Source: Actinomycetes bacterium
GTDB lineage: Bacteria > Actinomycetota > Acidimicrobiia > Acidimicrobiales > Ilumatobacteraceae
Assembly: GCA_031410915.1 (NCBI GenBank)
Contig: JANNZY010000147.1
Span: 60,846-124,845 of the forward strand
Reading direction: 5' to 3'
Length of the DNA stretch: 64,000 bases
In this document: in pieces, positions 30,301-38,765 of the stretch
Layout: the number at the start of each line of letters is the position of its first letter
Numbering within the stretch: position 1 is the first letter of the stretch
Translations under genes and position numbers: made by a program
Notes under the pieces: generated by a model
The model's database searches: none
Told to the model about the DNA's origin: nothing
The model's input: the letters and a program-made list of their open reading frames with translations, nothing else

Positions 30301-30380
30301 TGCGGCACGACGATCGTCGCCGACAACGTCGCGACGAGCACCGCGACGAGCAGCCGAATGAAAAGGGTGCGCGACGACAT
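27333..30380 (-). CDS. LPXTG cell-wall-anchored adhesin-like protein with Cna-B/SpaA-type and VaFE (Thr-Gln ester type) repeats
   Basis: ATG at 30380 with AAGGAG 7 nt upstream. Signal peptide MSSRTLFIRLLVAVLVATLSA. C-terminal sorting signal is LPRTG, a hydrophobic helix and the basic tail RDPSRSRR. VAFETVSIGARVVAEHADAADDDQTAYVP and VAFESS...MADHKDCSDERQTIWRP are VaFE-type. GATFELIDNGG...AVTDVNGVADF is Cna-B-like. Confidence 0.85.
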   Translation of the reverse strand: MSSRTLFIRLLVAVLVATLSATIVVPHEAVNPAFASPYDLTASNDPRVPANCPGGFGSNGIGGTTWCRVHGLHVGVTAIGQTRWAGQYAFIQDLSNGAGPKVFYAWCLDDSGSHPRVAYGPRDITDGRTLAESLHGPLAHPEGAEVLPLVMGLINDGQGGNQIVPGFVTSFTPDELSAGVWAIQHFVVGDRTGSGSVVVPNLSRWAGGAGAARLNQVALELWAYGLSTSNLTFVASAGPTDPSGRSSIFIDASVTGGPVDASAMHAIIDQTTNLQWATSGQPIVGPIGLDPNAPLPDVTVTSGRITLDVRLIDRATVGAIHVYRAYTTSSSWQGVLARGGQQSTGVYFAPANVTFHADASVAVAPRAHVRVVKSSADPYFSPSGATFELIDNGGSGGVLATAVTDVNGVADFASIDPSAVTPPVLLHESIAPAGLSPAADVVLPWPLSTDPANPTVVAITDGVTNEQLIIHKVLSDPTVGPGDLSGFEFSVVRDDGTDFGTHATIINGFTDRIPTTAGTFSVCEVAKPTWAQPLTDGPCLTIIVPPNGAAAVDVVYTNVVPVVDCATTLRDVADGNQLLATTGGNLTDHVRCTGLVPGTSYTVAGELQRRSADGSVTPSGITGSASVVATASDMTIDVSYAVPDGHACSVFVAFETVSIGARVVAEHADAADDDQTAYVPRIRTFARTDHGGQLANPGDTMIDRVEYCGYPAGTYEMSVVWQNATTTGQQGTAAVPTCTATSLVATIAHTVVSGAPAGTVEMPGVAVPADGPGRFVAFESSTRTDVTPAAPMADHKDCSDERQTIWRPTIVTERAEVDPIGPGVNHDLFTVADLPPPAVLGDRRVAASGGLYRHDSSTPVDGRECEAANQVASFVVRVAGDGQYTSPGEAHAPNWTYSYQERLLVEPGPTTVPTGGSDALTGTTTGVWASTLHGCGVASQTFVSRAVAQQPNVAPHATPPSPVQPGPVVRASNLPRTGLDNQFALGLACILVGLGMALLLVTRDPSRSRRTAASA

Positions 30381-30574
30381 CAGATTGCTCCTTGGTGTGG
30401 GTGGACGAACCGATGCCCTCGGTTCGAGTTGTTGCACTCGCTTGTTCGCCATCACCACTCGTCGTGCTCGGACCTCACGGCCGCGCACAACTTCGCACGT
30501 TTATGCTCTCATTGACGCTAGAAAGCAAGTTCTATTTATTGCGTCAGGCGTGCGGATTGTCGCAAGCTGGGGTG

Positions 30575-30973
30575 ATGGCGCAGGAGTCGATCCACGTCGG
30601 AGTCACGATCGAGCGACGCGCGACCGAGGTCTACGACTACGTGTCGGACCCGACGAACCTGTCGGCGTGGGCCGCGGGTCTCGCCCATCGCGACGTCGAG
30701 TTGGTCGACGGGTCGTGGGTGGTCGACTCACCCCTCGGACGCATCACCGTGGCCTTCGTTGCGCGCAACGACTTCGGCGTCGCCGACCACGACGTCACGC
30801 TGCCGAGCGGTGTCACCGTCACCAACCCGATGCGTGTGTTCGCGAACGGCGACGGCTGCGACGTCGTGTTCAGCGTGCGCCGTCAACCGGAGATGACCGA
30901 CGCCGACTTCGCCACCGATGTCGAAGCCGTCCGCGCCGACCTCGCAACCCTGCGCGGCCAGCTACAGCCCTGA
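30575..30973 (+). CDS. SRPBCC (START/AHSA1/cyclase) superfamily protein
   Basis: ATG at 30575 (MAQESIHVGVTIERRATEVYDYVSDPTNLSAWAAG...) has the typical SRPBCC N-terminus. Confidence 0.65.
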   Translation: MAQESIHVGVTIERRATEVYDYVSDPTNLSAWAAGLAHRDVELVDGSWVVDSPLGRITVAFVARNDFGVADHDVTLPSGVTVTNPMRVFANGDGCDVVFSVRRQPEMTDADFATDVEAVRADLATLRGQLQP

Positions 30974-32596
30974 CGCAGCCTTCTTGGCGGGAGCCTTCTT
31001 GGCGGGAGCCTTCTTGGCGGCGACGGGGACGACACCGTCGCCGCCCTTGCGCATCGCCGGGGGCGATTGCGGGACCGCCCACTCGGCCCCCGTTGCCTCG
31101 AAGAGCCGCCCGATCTCGTCGATGTGGAGATCGACGAGGTGCCACAGATCCGGCACCAGCTCGCGATCAGAAATCAGACCGAAGTCCATGCGATCGCCGT
31201 AGCTGTGGACCGTGATGTTGAGACCGATGCCGTCGGACACGGTCGACACGGGGATGTACGCGTCCAGTCGCGCGCCAGCGAAGTACAGCGTCTGGCGCGG
31301 CCCGGGCACGTTCGAGATCACGACGTTGATCGGGTAGTTGACGCGGTCGGCGAGGCGCAGCCGCGACACCAGCCGCAACGCCGACGCAGCGACGACCGGT
31401 GAGGTGTAGTCGGCCGCTTGGCCGAGCGCGTCCGCCGGCATCAGATCGAACTGGCTCTTGGCGACGTTCATCGCCGCGCGACACAACGCGACCCGCTCCA
31501 GCGGATCGGCGCAGTTCGTCGGCAGATCGACGACCAGGCCGGAGACGCGGTTCGTCCACGGGTCGTCCTCGTTACCGGTTCGGATGGACACGGGCACCAT
31601 CGCCCGCAGCGCGCCCGCGGGCAAGGCGTCGTGCTCGAGCAGGTAGGCGCGAAGCGCGCCCGCGCAGATCGCCATGACGACATCGTTGAGCGTCCCACCC
31701 GTCGCCTCCTTCAAGCGCTTGAGGTTGTCGAGCGAGGCAGAGCGCATCGCGAATCGCCGATGCGCGCTCACCGTCTTGTTCCACGGCGTGGGCGGCGCGG
31801 ACGTGACGGGGATGTTCACTCTGCTCTCCGGACTCGATGTCGATCGTCGGGTGATCGCGCCGAGCGTCGAGCGTGCGCCGCGTGCGAGACCACCGATGCT
31901 CGTCAACCCGGCTGCGTCGGCCAGATCGCGAACCAGGCCCAACGACAGTCGGGCACCGCGCACCGGGTTCAACGCAAGGTTGCGCACGGCTCGCTGCAAC
32001 ATCTGCGACGACGACGGCGGAGCCTCGCCTGACCATTCCCGCTCGACCAATCCCCACTCGGCGTCGCGCTTCTCGTCGGTGAACATCTTGAGCATGATCA
32101 CGCCTGATGCTCCGTCGATGGTGGCGTGATGTGTCTTCTGCAGCAACGCCCACCGGCCGTCAGCCAGGCCCTCGATCACGTACGCCTCCCACAGCGGACG
32201 CGCCCGATCCATCCTGCGCCCAACGATGCGGGCGACCTGCTCGGCCAACTGATCCGCGGCACCCGGCGGGGCGAGGCCGATGTGGCGGACGTGGAAGTCG
32301 AGATCGAAGTCCGCATCCTCGACCCAGTACGGCCGATCGAGCCCGAGCGGTACCTCGACCACCTTGCGCCGCAACGGCTCCAGGTGACCGACCATCACAC
32401 GGAACCGCTCGCGCACCATCTGGAACGGGTCGAAATCGTCCGACGGACGTTCGTAGATGCTCAACCCATTGACATGTCCGTAGTTGTTCGTCGTCTCCAT
32501 CAGCAAGAAGCCGAGATCGACACCGGTCAGCTGTTTCAACACGATCCCCCATCGTCGAATCAGCCCATCCTTCCTCGCGAGAGCACTGGTGTCCAC
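30962..32596 (-). CDS. Wax ester synthase/diacylglycerol acyltransferase (WS/DGAT) with Lys/Ala/Pro-rich C-terminal tail
   Basis: Catalytic HHATIDGASG (HHxxxDG). N-terminal DLGFLLMET, then PLNVVISNVPGP-type segment NVVISNVPGPRQTLYFAGARL. C-terminus KKAPAKKAPAKKAASGL. Confidence 0.85.
   Translation of the reverse strand: MDTSALARKDGLIRRWGIVLKQLTGVDLGFLLMETTNNYGHVNGLSIYERPSDDFDPFQMVRERFRVMVGHLEPLRRKVVEVPLGLDRPYWVEDADFDLDFHVRHIGLAPPGAADQLAEQVARIVGRRMDRARPLWEAYVIEGLADGRWALLQKTHHATIDGASGVIMLKMFTDEKRDAEWGLVEREWSGEAPPSSSQMLQRAVRNLALNPVRGARLSLGLVRDLADAAGLTSIGGLARGARSTLGAITRRSTSSPESRVNIPVTSAPPTPWNKTVSAHRRFAMRSASLDNLKRLKEATGGTLNDVVMAICAGALRAYLLEHDALPAGALRAMVPVSIRTGNEDDPWTNRVSGLVVDLPTNCADPLERVALCRAAMNVAKSQFDLMPADALGQAADYTSPVVAASALRLVSRLRLADRVNYPINVVISNVPGPRQTLYFAGARLDAYIPVSTVSDGIGLNITVHSYGDRMDFGLISDRELVPDLWHLVDLHIDEIGRLFEATGAEWAVPQSPPAMRKGGDGVVPVAAKKAPAKKAPAKKAASGL
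30978..31022. repeat. 15-bp tandem repeat x3 (GCCTTCTTGGCGGGA) encoding the KKAPA repeats
   Basis: Read directly: two perfect copies and one near-perfect copy at 30978-30992, 30993-31007 and 31008-31022. Confidence 0.9.
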
Positions 32597-32604
32597 TCCC
32601 GTTT

Positions 32605-34758
32605 TCAGGACGGCAGCGCCGTTGCCTCGCGATCCCAGAAGCGGAGGGCGTGACAGGTGTCGACGAACGTCTTGGTCGCGTTCGCCTTGGTGATCGCGAC
32701 GAAGCCGTCGTCCATCAGTGGCGTGACGCCGGCGGCATCGAAGATTGATGACGCGGCAGCGCTGTGGCCGATGAACTTGCAGTGGGCGTAGGCGTCAGTG
32801 ACGAAGTCCTTCGCTTGCGCATGGCCGGCGAGCTGCGCAGCACCTGCCTCGGACGGCAGGATTGCGACGGCGTCGTAGAGCACCGATGGTCCGCCGCCGA
32901 CCTTCTGCTGCGCGGCCACTTTCGATCCGTCGCTGAGCGTGACGCCGCCGACCTTCGGCGCGATGACCTCCCACGTCGCGCCAGCAGACGCGAGCGCCCG
33001 GGTCAGCGCGGTCACGACCGCGGCATCGCTGCCATCGGTGAGAAGAATCCCCATCTTGCGACCGGTGAACGTGGTCGGCTTCGGGTTGCCCATGATGCTC
33101 AACGCCGGAGACACCGCCAGATCGGTGATCGGTTGGCGCGCCGGCGGCAGCGGAGCGGGTACGGAGGACAGGCCGAGGCCGTCGGCGACCGTGGCCGCGA
33201 GTTCGCCGTCGATGTTGCCGAGCGATGCGACCACTCGCTCGCGGATGTCGGGCCGCTCGACCTTGCTCAGCTCGAAGACAAGCGCGTCGCCGATGTGCTT
33301 CTGCTCGAGCGCGGTCTGGCTCCTGAAGAACTGGCGGGCCTGGCTGTAGTGGTCGGCGAAGCTCGCCGGCCGCGCACGGCGCTTGCCACCGGTCTCGACC
33401 GTCTCGAACGACGTGTAACCACGCTCGGGGTCCTCGCGCGGGCCGCCGTCGTCACCCCACGAGTTCGGCTCGTAGTTGACGCGGCCGACCGGGTTGGACA
33501 TCGCCATGTGCCCGTCCTGTTGGAAGTTGTGCATGGGACAGCGCGGCGCGTTCACCGGCAGGTACGTGAAGTTGGGGCCGCCGAGGCGCTTCAGCTGCGT
33601 GTCGAGGTAGGAGAAGTTGCGCCCCTGCAGCAACGGGTCGTTCGTGAAGTCCACACCCGGCACGACGTTCTGCGTGCAGAACGCGACCTGTTCCGTCTCG
33701 GCGAAGAAGTTGTCGACCGTCTGGTTCAGCACCAGCTTGCCGACCGGTCGGATCGGCACCAGCTCCTCGGGAATCAACTTCGTCGCGTCGAGCACGTCGA
33801 ACTCGAAGTCGTCGGCGAACGCGTCGTCGAACAGCTGCACGCCGAGCTCCCACTCCGGAAACGACCCGGCCTGGATCGAGTTCCACAGGTCGCGGCGGTG
33901 GTAATCGGGATCGGCACCGTTGAGCTTGACCGCCTCGTCCCACATCACCGACTGCATGCCGAGCAAAGGCTTCCAGTGGAACTTCACGAACGTGGACTGA
34001 CCAGCCTGGTTCACGAACCGGAACGTGTGCACGCCGAATCCCTCCATGAACCGCAACGACCGCGGGATGGCCCGATCGGACATCGCCCACATGATCATGT
34101 GCATCGACTCCGGCATCAGCGACACGAAGTCCCAGAAGTTGTCGTGCGCCGATTGAGCTTGCGGAAACTCGCGGTCCGGCTCCGGCTTGACGGCGTGGAT
34201 CAGGTCGGGGAACTTGATCGCGTCCTGGATGAAGAACACCGGGATGTTGTTGCCGACGATGTCCCAGTTGCCCTCGCGGGTGTACAGCTTGACGGCGAAG
34301 CCGCGGACGTCTCGGGCCAGGTCGGCCGACCCCTTGCTGCCGGCCACGGTGGAGAAGCGGACGAACGCTTCCGTCCGGTCACCGGCTCTCTGGAACAGAT
34401 CCGCCCGCGTCACGTCCGCCAGCGATCCGTAGTTCTCGAAGTAGCCCTTCGCTCCGTAGCCGCGGGCGTGCACGACCCGCTCCGGGATCCGCTCGTGGTC
34501 GAAGTGGAAGATCTTCTCCCGGAAGTGGAAGTCCTCCAGCGCGGCCGGACCGCGATCGCCGACACGCAAGGTGTTCTGGTCGTCGGCCACCGGCACGCCC
34601 TGCTGCGTCGTCAACGCGCTTCCGCCGGGACTGACCGACTGGTGCGTCTCGCCACCCTCACCTGTCGCTGTCGATGCTGCCGGCGGCGACGCCGGCTTTG
34701 CCGGCGTGATCGGCTTGATCGGCTTGGTCGGCTTCGTTGTCTGCTTGCGCGTGGCCAT
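32605..34758 (-). CDS. katE: Large-subunit catalase (HPII type) with C-terminal DJ-1/PfpI-like domain
   Basis: 717 aa. [30 protein letters not shown] and RLFSY-type NFSYLDTQ segments. The extra ~150-aa C-terminal domain is typical of HPII. The N-terminus is Pro/Lys/Thr-rich. Confidence 0.9.
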   Translation of the reverse strand: MATRKQTTKPTKPIKPITPAKPASPPAASTATGEGGETHQSVSPGGSALTTQQGVPVADDQNTLRVGDRGPAALEDFHFREKIFHFDHERIPERVVHARGYGAKGYFENYGSLADVTRADLFQRAGDRTEAFVRFSTVAGSKGSADLARDVRGFAVKLYTREGNWDIVGNNIPVFFIQDAIKFPDLIHAVKPEPDREFPQAQSAHDNFWDFVSLMPESMHMIMWAMSDRAIPRSLRFMEGFGVHTFRFVNQAGQSTFVKFHWKPLLGMQSVMWDEAVKLNGADPDYHRRDLWNSIQAGSFPEWELGVQLFDDAFADDFEFDVLDATKLIPEELVPIRPVGKLVLNQTVDNFFAETEQVAFCTQNVVPGVDFTNDPLLQGRNFSYLDTQLKRLGGPNFTYLPVNAPRCPMHNFQQDGHMAMSNPVGRVNYEPNSWGDDGGPREDPERGYTSFETVETGGKRRARPASFADHYSQARQFFRSQTALEQKHIGDALVFELSKVERPDIRERVVASLGNIDGELAATVADGLGLSSVPAPLPPARQPITDLAVSPALSIMGNPKPTTFTGRKMGILLTDGSDAAVVTALTRALASAGATWEVIAPKVGGVTLSDGSKVAAQQKVGGGPSVLYDAVAILPSEAGAAQLAGHAQAKDFVTDAYAHCKFIGHSAAASSIFDAAGVTPLMDDGFVAITKANATKTFVDTCHALRFWDREATALPS

Positions 34759-34835
34759 CAGTGACGTCTCCAGGATTCGCGGGGGTGTTTGCGCTTACCC
34801 CGCCCCCGGACGAGCCACACGAATTCCGCCGGGAT

Positions 34836-37800
34836 TCAGCCGAGGTCGCCGACGACTGTGACGCCGGTGGCTTGGACCAGCCGCCCGAGTTCGTCGTACG
34901 CAGCGATCGCCACCTGAGCGGCACCGGCGATGGCCCGGGCGTACCGGGCGTCGTGTTGGTCAAGTCGCAGCACCTCGTCGCCGGCAAGGTTCGGATATTT
35001 CGCTGCGAGTCGACGCGACAATCCGTGCGGGTCCAAAGTCAGCGGGATCGACGAACCGCCGATGGTCTCGGCATCCAGCGCCAGCGATCCGGCAGGCCCC
35101 CAGTGCAGCCGGTAGGTCCACACGCCGCGATCGTCGGGCAGGTTCCACGAGATCACGTCGCGTGTCAACCATGATGCCCTCGACGTGGTCAGGTCGGGCC
35201 CGAAGTCGGGAGCGAACGTGTCCACGGCGATCACCGTCGGCACTCGCGCTGCGCCGCTGCCGCTTGTCTCCACGGAGATCGTCGTCGCCAGCCCCGAATC
35301 CACCGTGAAGGGTACGGGACCGACGCCTCCGACCGAGACGGAGTAGTTCCCGGCCGGGATGTCGATCGTCGTGAACGAGTACGTGCCATCGCGGTCGGGG
35401 TCCTGCAGCCATGACCGCATGCACGTCGCGTCGCCGTCGGTCGCACAACCCATCTCGGACTGGAAGTCGCCGGTCGCGACCAGAATCGGATCCAATTGCG
35501 TGTTCGTCACCCAGTGGGTGCGATGGTCGTAGAAGAAGCTCACGGCTCCGCCGCCGGTGTCGTAGAAGATGTCGGACCCGTTGCGGTTGCCGCCTGCGCC
35601 GTAGTTCTCGTCCCACGATCGATTGATCGCGGCCTTGAACGCATACTGTCCGGCCTGCGGGCTGAACGTGCCCTTCCACACCTGATCGGCACCGAGTGCA
35701 AGCTGGATCGCGTCGCACGGCGGGTCCCAGTCGGCAGCGCAACCGATCTCGCTGCCGTGGCTGCCCGGCACGGATACCGCCGCGGGCTGCGTGATCGGCC
35801 CGAGGTCGATCCCCGGATCGTCGGGCGGTTGCGGCTGGCCGACGACGGCACTCGTCGAGACGACACCGAAGTCGCCGTCGTGGTCGCGGGCGATGGCCCG
35901 GTACTCGACAGGCGTTCCCTGCGCGACGCCAGTCACGTCTTGGAAGACGCGGTACGGCGCGTTGTCGTCCGTACCGAGCAGTTGCCAAGGCTGTGTCCCG
36001 ACCGGCCGCCATGCGAAGGTCACCTGCGTGAAGTCGCCGCCAGGGATTGCTACGCCGATCTCGGCCCGCCCGCTGACGATCCCGGCCGCGCCCGGTGCCG
36101 TGAAGACCGGCGCGGGTGCCGCATGATCCGGGCGCAGCTTCGCGCTGGCCCGATAGACGACCGCCGACAGCGGCGGCACCGTGACGGTCACCCGACCTTC
36201 GCCATCGGTCCGCAGTCGGCGGCCCTGGGTAGAAGCCGGCCACACCGCCTTGAGCGAATTCCGTGGGGACTGATACGTCTCGAACGTGGCCGTCTGTGCA
36301 GTGGTCGCGTTGTTGATCGCGATCACGTACTCGATCTGCTCGTCGGGATCCATCCGGCTGAACGCGAAGATCCCAGGGCCGTTTGTTGCGAATCGGTGGA
36401 TCTGGGCCCCGTCGGCGAGCGCTGGGTACTTCGTGCGCAGCGCGGCAAGATCGGCGATGTGTCGATACAGCGGGTGGCCTGGGTCGAAGTTGTCGTCGGC
36501 CGTCGTCGCGTCGGTACCGATCAGGTCGTAGGTGTCGTTGTGCAGCGCGACCTGGCTGGCGAACATGTCCTCGCGAGCGCGCTGGTCACCGATGCCGCCA
36601 GGCACGTCCGGTGGAGCGGAGAAACCTTGCTCGTCGCCGTAGTACACGACCGGCTGGCCACGGGTGAGGTACATCAACGAATGCGCCAACTCGTCGCGGG
36701 CCAGCAGTTCGGAGTCGTCCCACGTCGTCCCCTGACGCAGGAAGCTGCCGACGCGGCCCATGTCGTGATTGCCCAAGAACGTCGGCAGCGAGTAGGCGTT
36801 CGAGTCGGCGTCGGTGAAGTAGTCGTCGAGCGCGTAGAAGTCGCGCAACTCCGTTGTCGGCTTGCTCTTGGCGAAGTTGACGCCGCTGCCCTGGAACCCG
36901 AAGTCGACGGTTGCCTGCAGCTTTCCCTCCGTCGTGTAGCGCGACATGAAGCGCGGGTCGGCGTCGTAGACCTCACCGAACATGAAGAAGTCCTCGTTGC
37001 CCAACGACGCCGCGTAACCCTTCAGCGCCGGGCTGAACTGCTTCCAGAAGTCCATGTTCACGTGCTTCACCGTGTCGATCCGGAAACCGTCGACGCCGGC
37101 CTGCTGCACCCACGTCTCGTAGATGTCGATCATTCCCTGGACCACTTCCGGGCGCTCGGTCCACAGGTCGTCGAGTGCCGACCGATTGCCCGCCGGGAAG
37201 TCGCCGTATTCACTGTTCTCGCCCGAGAACGTCGACGTTCCACGGTTGTGGTACATCGTCGGATCGTTCAGCCAGGCGGGCACCTTGACGGTCGCGTCGG
37301 CCGGGTTGCGCAACGTCGGTGTGTACGGAAACGACACGGCTGCGTCGACGGCCGGGAAGGGATCACCGACAAACGTGTAGTCGCGGTCGTCGAACGGGGT
37401 GCCGCCGGCGTCGACGTACGGGACTGCGTTCTTCGGCGCGTACGGCACCTGCCCTGTGGTGTCGTAGGCCGCGTCCGGGTAGTCCAAGACGTCCGCCGTG
37501 TGGTTGGTGATGATGTCGAAGAAGACCTTCATGCCGCGGGCGTGAGCCAGCGCGATGAGCGTCTTCAGATCGTCGTTCGTGCCCAGGTGCGGATCGATCT
37601 GGGTGAAGTCGGTGATCCAGTAGCCGTGGTACCCGGCCGACTCGCTGCCGGGCTCGCCCTGCACGGGCTTGTTCTTGAAGGATGGGGTCATCCAGATCGC
37701 TGTCGTGCCGAGGCCCTGGATGTAGTCGAGCCGATTGATCAGACCCTGCAGATCACCCCCGTGGTAGAAGCCCTGATCTGTCGGATCGAAACCGTTGTCG

Positions 37801-38387
37801 CTGCGGGTGCCGTCGATGAACGCGGTGTCGTTGGCCGCATCGCCGTTCTCGAACCGGTCGGGCATGACGAAGTAGAAGTTCTCCCGAGTCAGGTCCTCGC
37901 GCAGGCTGTCACCGGCGAGAGCGCGGTCGGTCTTCGTCAACCCCCCCGCCGGCTGTGCTGGTCCGACCGTCACCCTGTGGGTCGCGTGGTCGTACGTGAA
38001 GCGAAGCTTGGTGGCCTGATCGATCGCGAGCGGAATGTTGCCATCGGGCAGGCCGAACGTCGCGTCACCGTAGTTCTCGCTCCATGCGCCGTTCAACCGC
38101 ACCTTGAACACGTAGTCGTACGACGCAGCCGGATCGCCTGCAGGCAACACGAACGTGCCGGCGTAGAGCGTGTCCGAACCACGGACCGGCGCGAGGTCCG
38201 TCTTCGTGCAGGTCTCGGACCAGTCGCTGTCGCAGCCGAGTTCGCCCATCAACGAGCCCATCAGCGTGACACGCACGGGTCGAGGCGTGTGGTCCGCAAC
38301 GGCCGAACCGGCCGGCAGCGCCGACGTCGTGACGGTGGCGGCGAGAAGCGCCGCGACGAGCAGGGGACGCTGCAGTGAGCTGCGCAT
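34836..38387 (-). CDS. Secreted multidomain GH13 alpha-amylase-family enzyme with N- and C-terminal carbohydrate-binding-like modules
   Basis: ATG at 38387 with GGAGG 7 nt upstream. Signal peptide MRSSLQRPLLVAALLAATVTTSALPAGSAVA. GH13 regions DIITNHT, DGFRIDTVKHV, FMFGEV and FLGNHD. Third-position GC falls to about 62% upstream of 38387, which supports this start. Confidence 0.85.
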   Translation of the reverse strand: MRSSLQRPLLVAALLAATVTTSALPAGSAVADHTPRPVRVTLMGSLMGELGCDSDWSETCTKTDLAPVRGSDTLYAGTFVLPAGDPAASYDYVFKVRLNGAWSENYGDATFGLPDGNIPLAIDQATKLRFTYDHATHRVTVGPAQPAGGLTKTDRALAGDSLREDLTRENFYFVMPDRFENGDAANDTAFIDGTRSDNGFDPTDQGFYHGGDLQGLINRLDYIQGLGTTAIWMTPSFKNKPVQGEPGSESAGYHGYWITDFTQIDPHLGTNDDLKTLIALAHARGMKVFFDIITNHTADVLDYPDAAYDTTGQVPYAPKNAVPYVDAGGTPFDDRDYTFVGDPFPAVDAAVSFPYTPTLRNPADATVKVPAWLNDPTMYHNRGTSTFSGENSEYGDFPAGNRSALDDLWTERPEVVQGMIDIYETWVQQAGVDGFRIDTVKHVNMDFWKQFSPALKGYAASLGNEDFFMFGEVYDADPRFMSRYTTEGKLQATVDFGFQGSGVNFAKSKPTTELRDFYALDDYFTDADSNAYSLPTFLGNHDMGRVGSFLRQGTTWDDSELLARDELAHSLMYLTRGQPVVYYGDEQGFSAPPDVPGGIGDQRAREDMFASQVALHNDTYDLIGTDATTADDNFDPGHPLYRHIADLAALRTKYPALADGAQIHRFATNGPGIFAFSRMDPDEQIEYVIAINNATTAQTATFETYQSPRNSLKAVWPASTQGRRLRTDGEGRVTVTVPPLSAVVYRASAKLRPDHAAPAPVFTAPGAAGIVSGRAEIGVAIPGGDFTQVTFAWRPVGTQPWQLLGTDDNAPYRVFQDVTGVAQGTPVEYRAIARDHDGDFGVVSTSAVVGQPQPPDDPGIDLGPITQPAAVSVPGSHGSEIGCAADWDPPCDAIQLALGADQVWKGTFSPQAGQYAFKAAINRSWDENYGAGGNRNGSDIFYDTGGGAVSFFYDHRTHWVTNTQLDPILVATGDFQSEMGCATDGDATCMRSWLQDPDRDGTYSFTTIDIPAGNYSVSVGGVGPVPFTVDSGLATTISVETSGSGAARVPTVIAVDTFAPDFGPDLTTSRASWLTRDVISWNLPDDRGVWTYRLHWGPAGSLALDAETIGGSSIPLTLDPHGLSRRLAAKYPNLAGDEVLRLDQHDARYARAIAGAAQVAIAAYDELGRLVQATGVTVVGDLG

Positions 38388-38565
38388 TGTGAGGCCTCCG
38401 AAACGGATCCCGCCCTGTGTGCCCGTGACCATAGCCAGTCCCCCATCCCTGTGACAAGGCCCCACGTCACCTGTCCCGACGTGCCGCACGGCACGTACAG
38501 CCTCGTGCTGGTCCGGGCATCCTCTTCGTCGAGACGCACCGTGCGGCTCAGAAAGTTCGTCCGTC

Positions 38566-38709
38566 ATGAACATCCGCATCGCGCTCTGGACCCCGCTCGC
38601 GACAGTGTCGCGCTGGTGCGGCCGTGCGTCCTCCAGTCGCACCCACCGGCGCGAGTGGGGTGCCTACTTCGGCTCCTTCGGCGACGACTTCTTCAGCGAC
38701 GACGACTGA
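38566..38709 (+). CDS. Candidate small ORF (47 aa), unknown function
   Basis: Below the 60-aa cutoff of the ORF track. ATG at 38566, TGA at 38707-38709. I counted 43 of 47 third positions as G/C (first 25/47, second 28/47), while flanking DNA in the same phase is about 62%. No clear SD. MNIRIALWTPLATVSRWCGRASSSRTHRREWGAYFGSFGDDFFSDDD. Confidence 0.35.
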   Translation: MNIRIALWTPLATVSRWCGRASSSRTHRREWGAYFGSFGDDFFSDDD

Positions 38710-38765
38710 CGGTCAAGATCGGCGGCTGGCGGTTCGATGGGTCGGCCAGTGCGTACGATCAGGAC

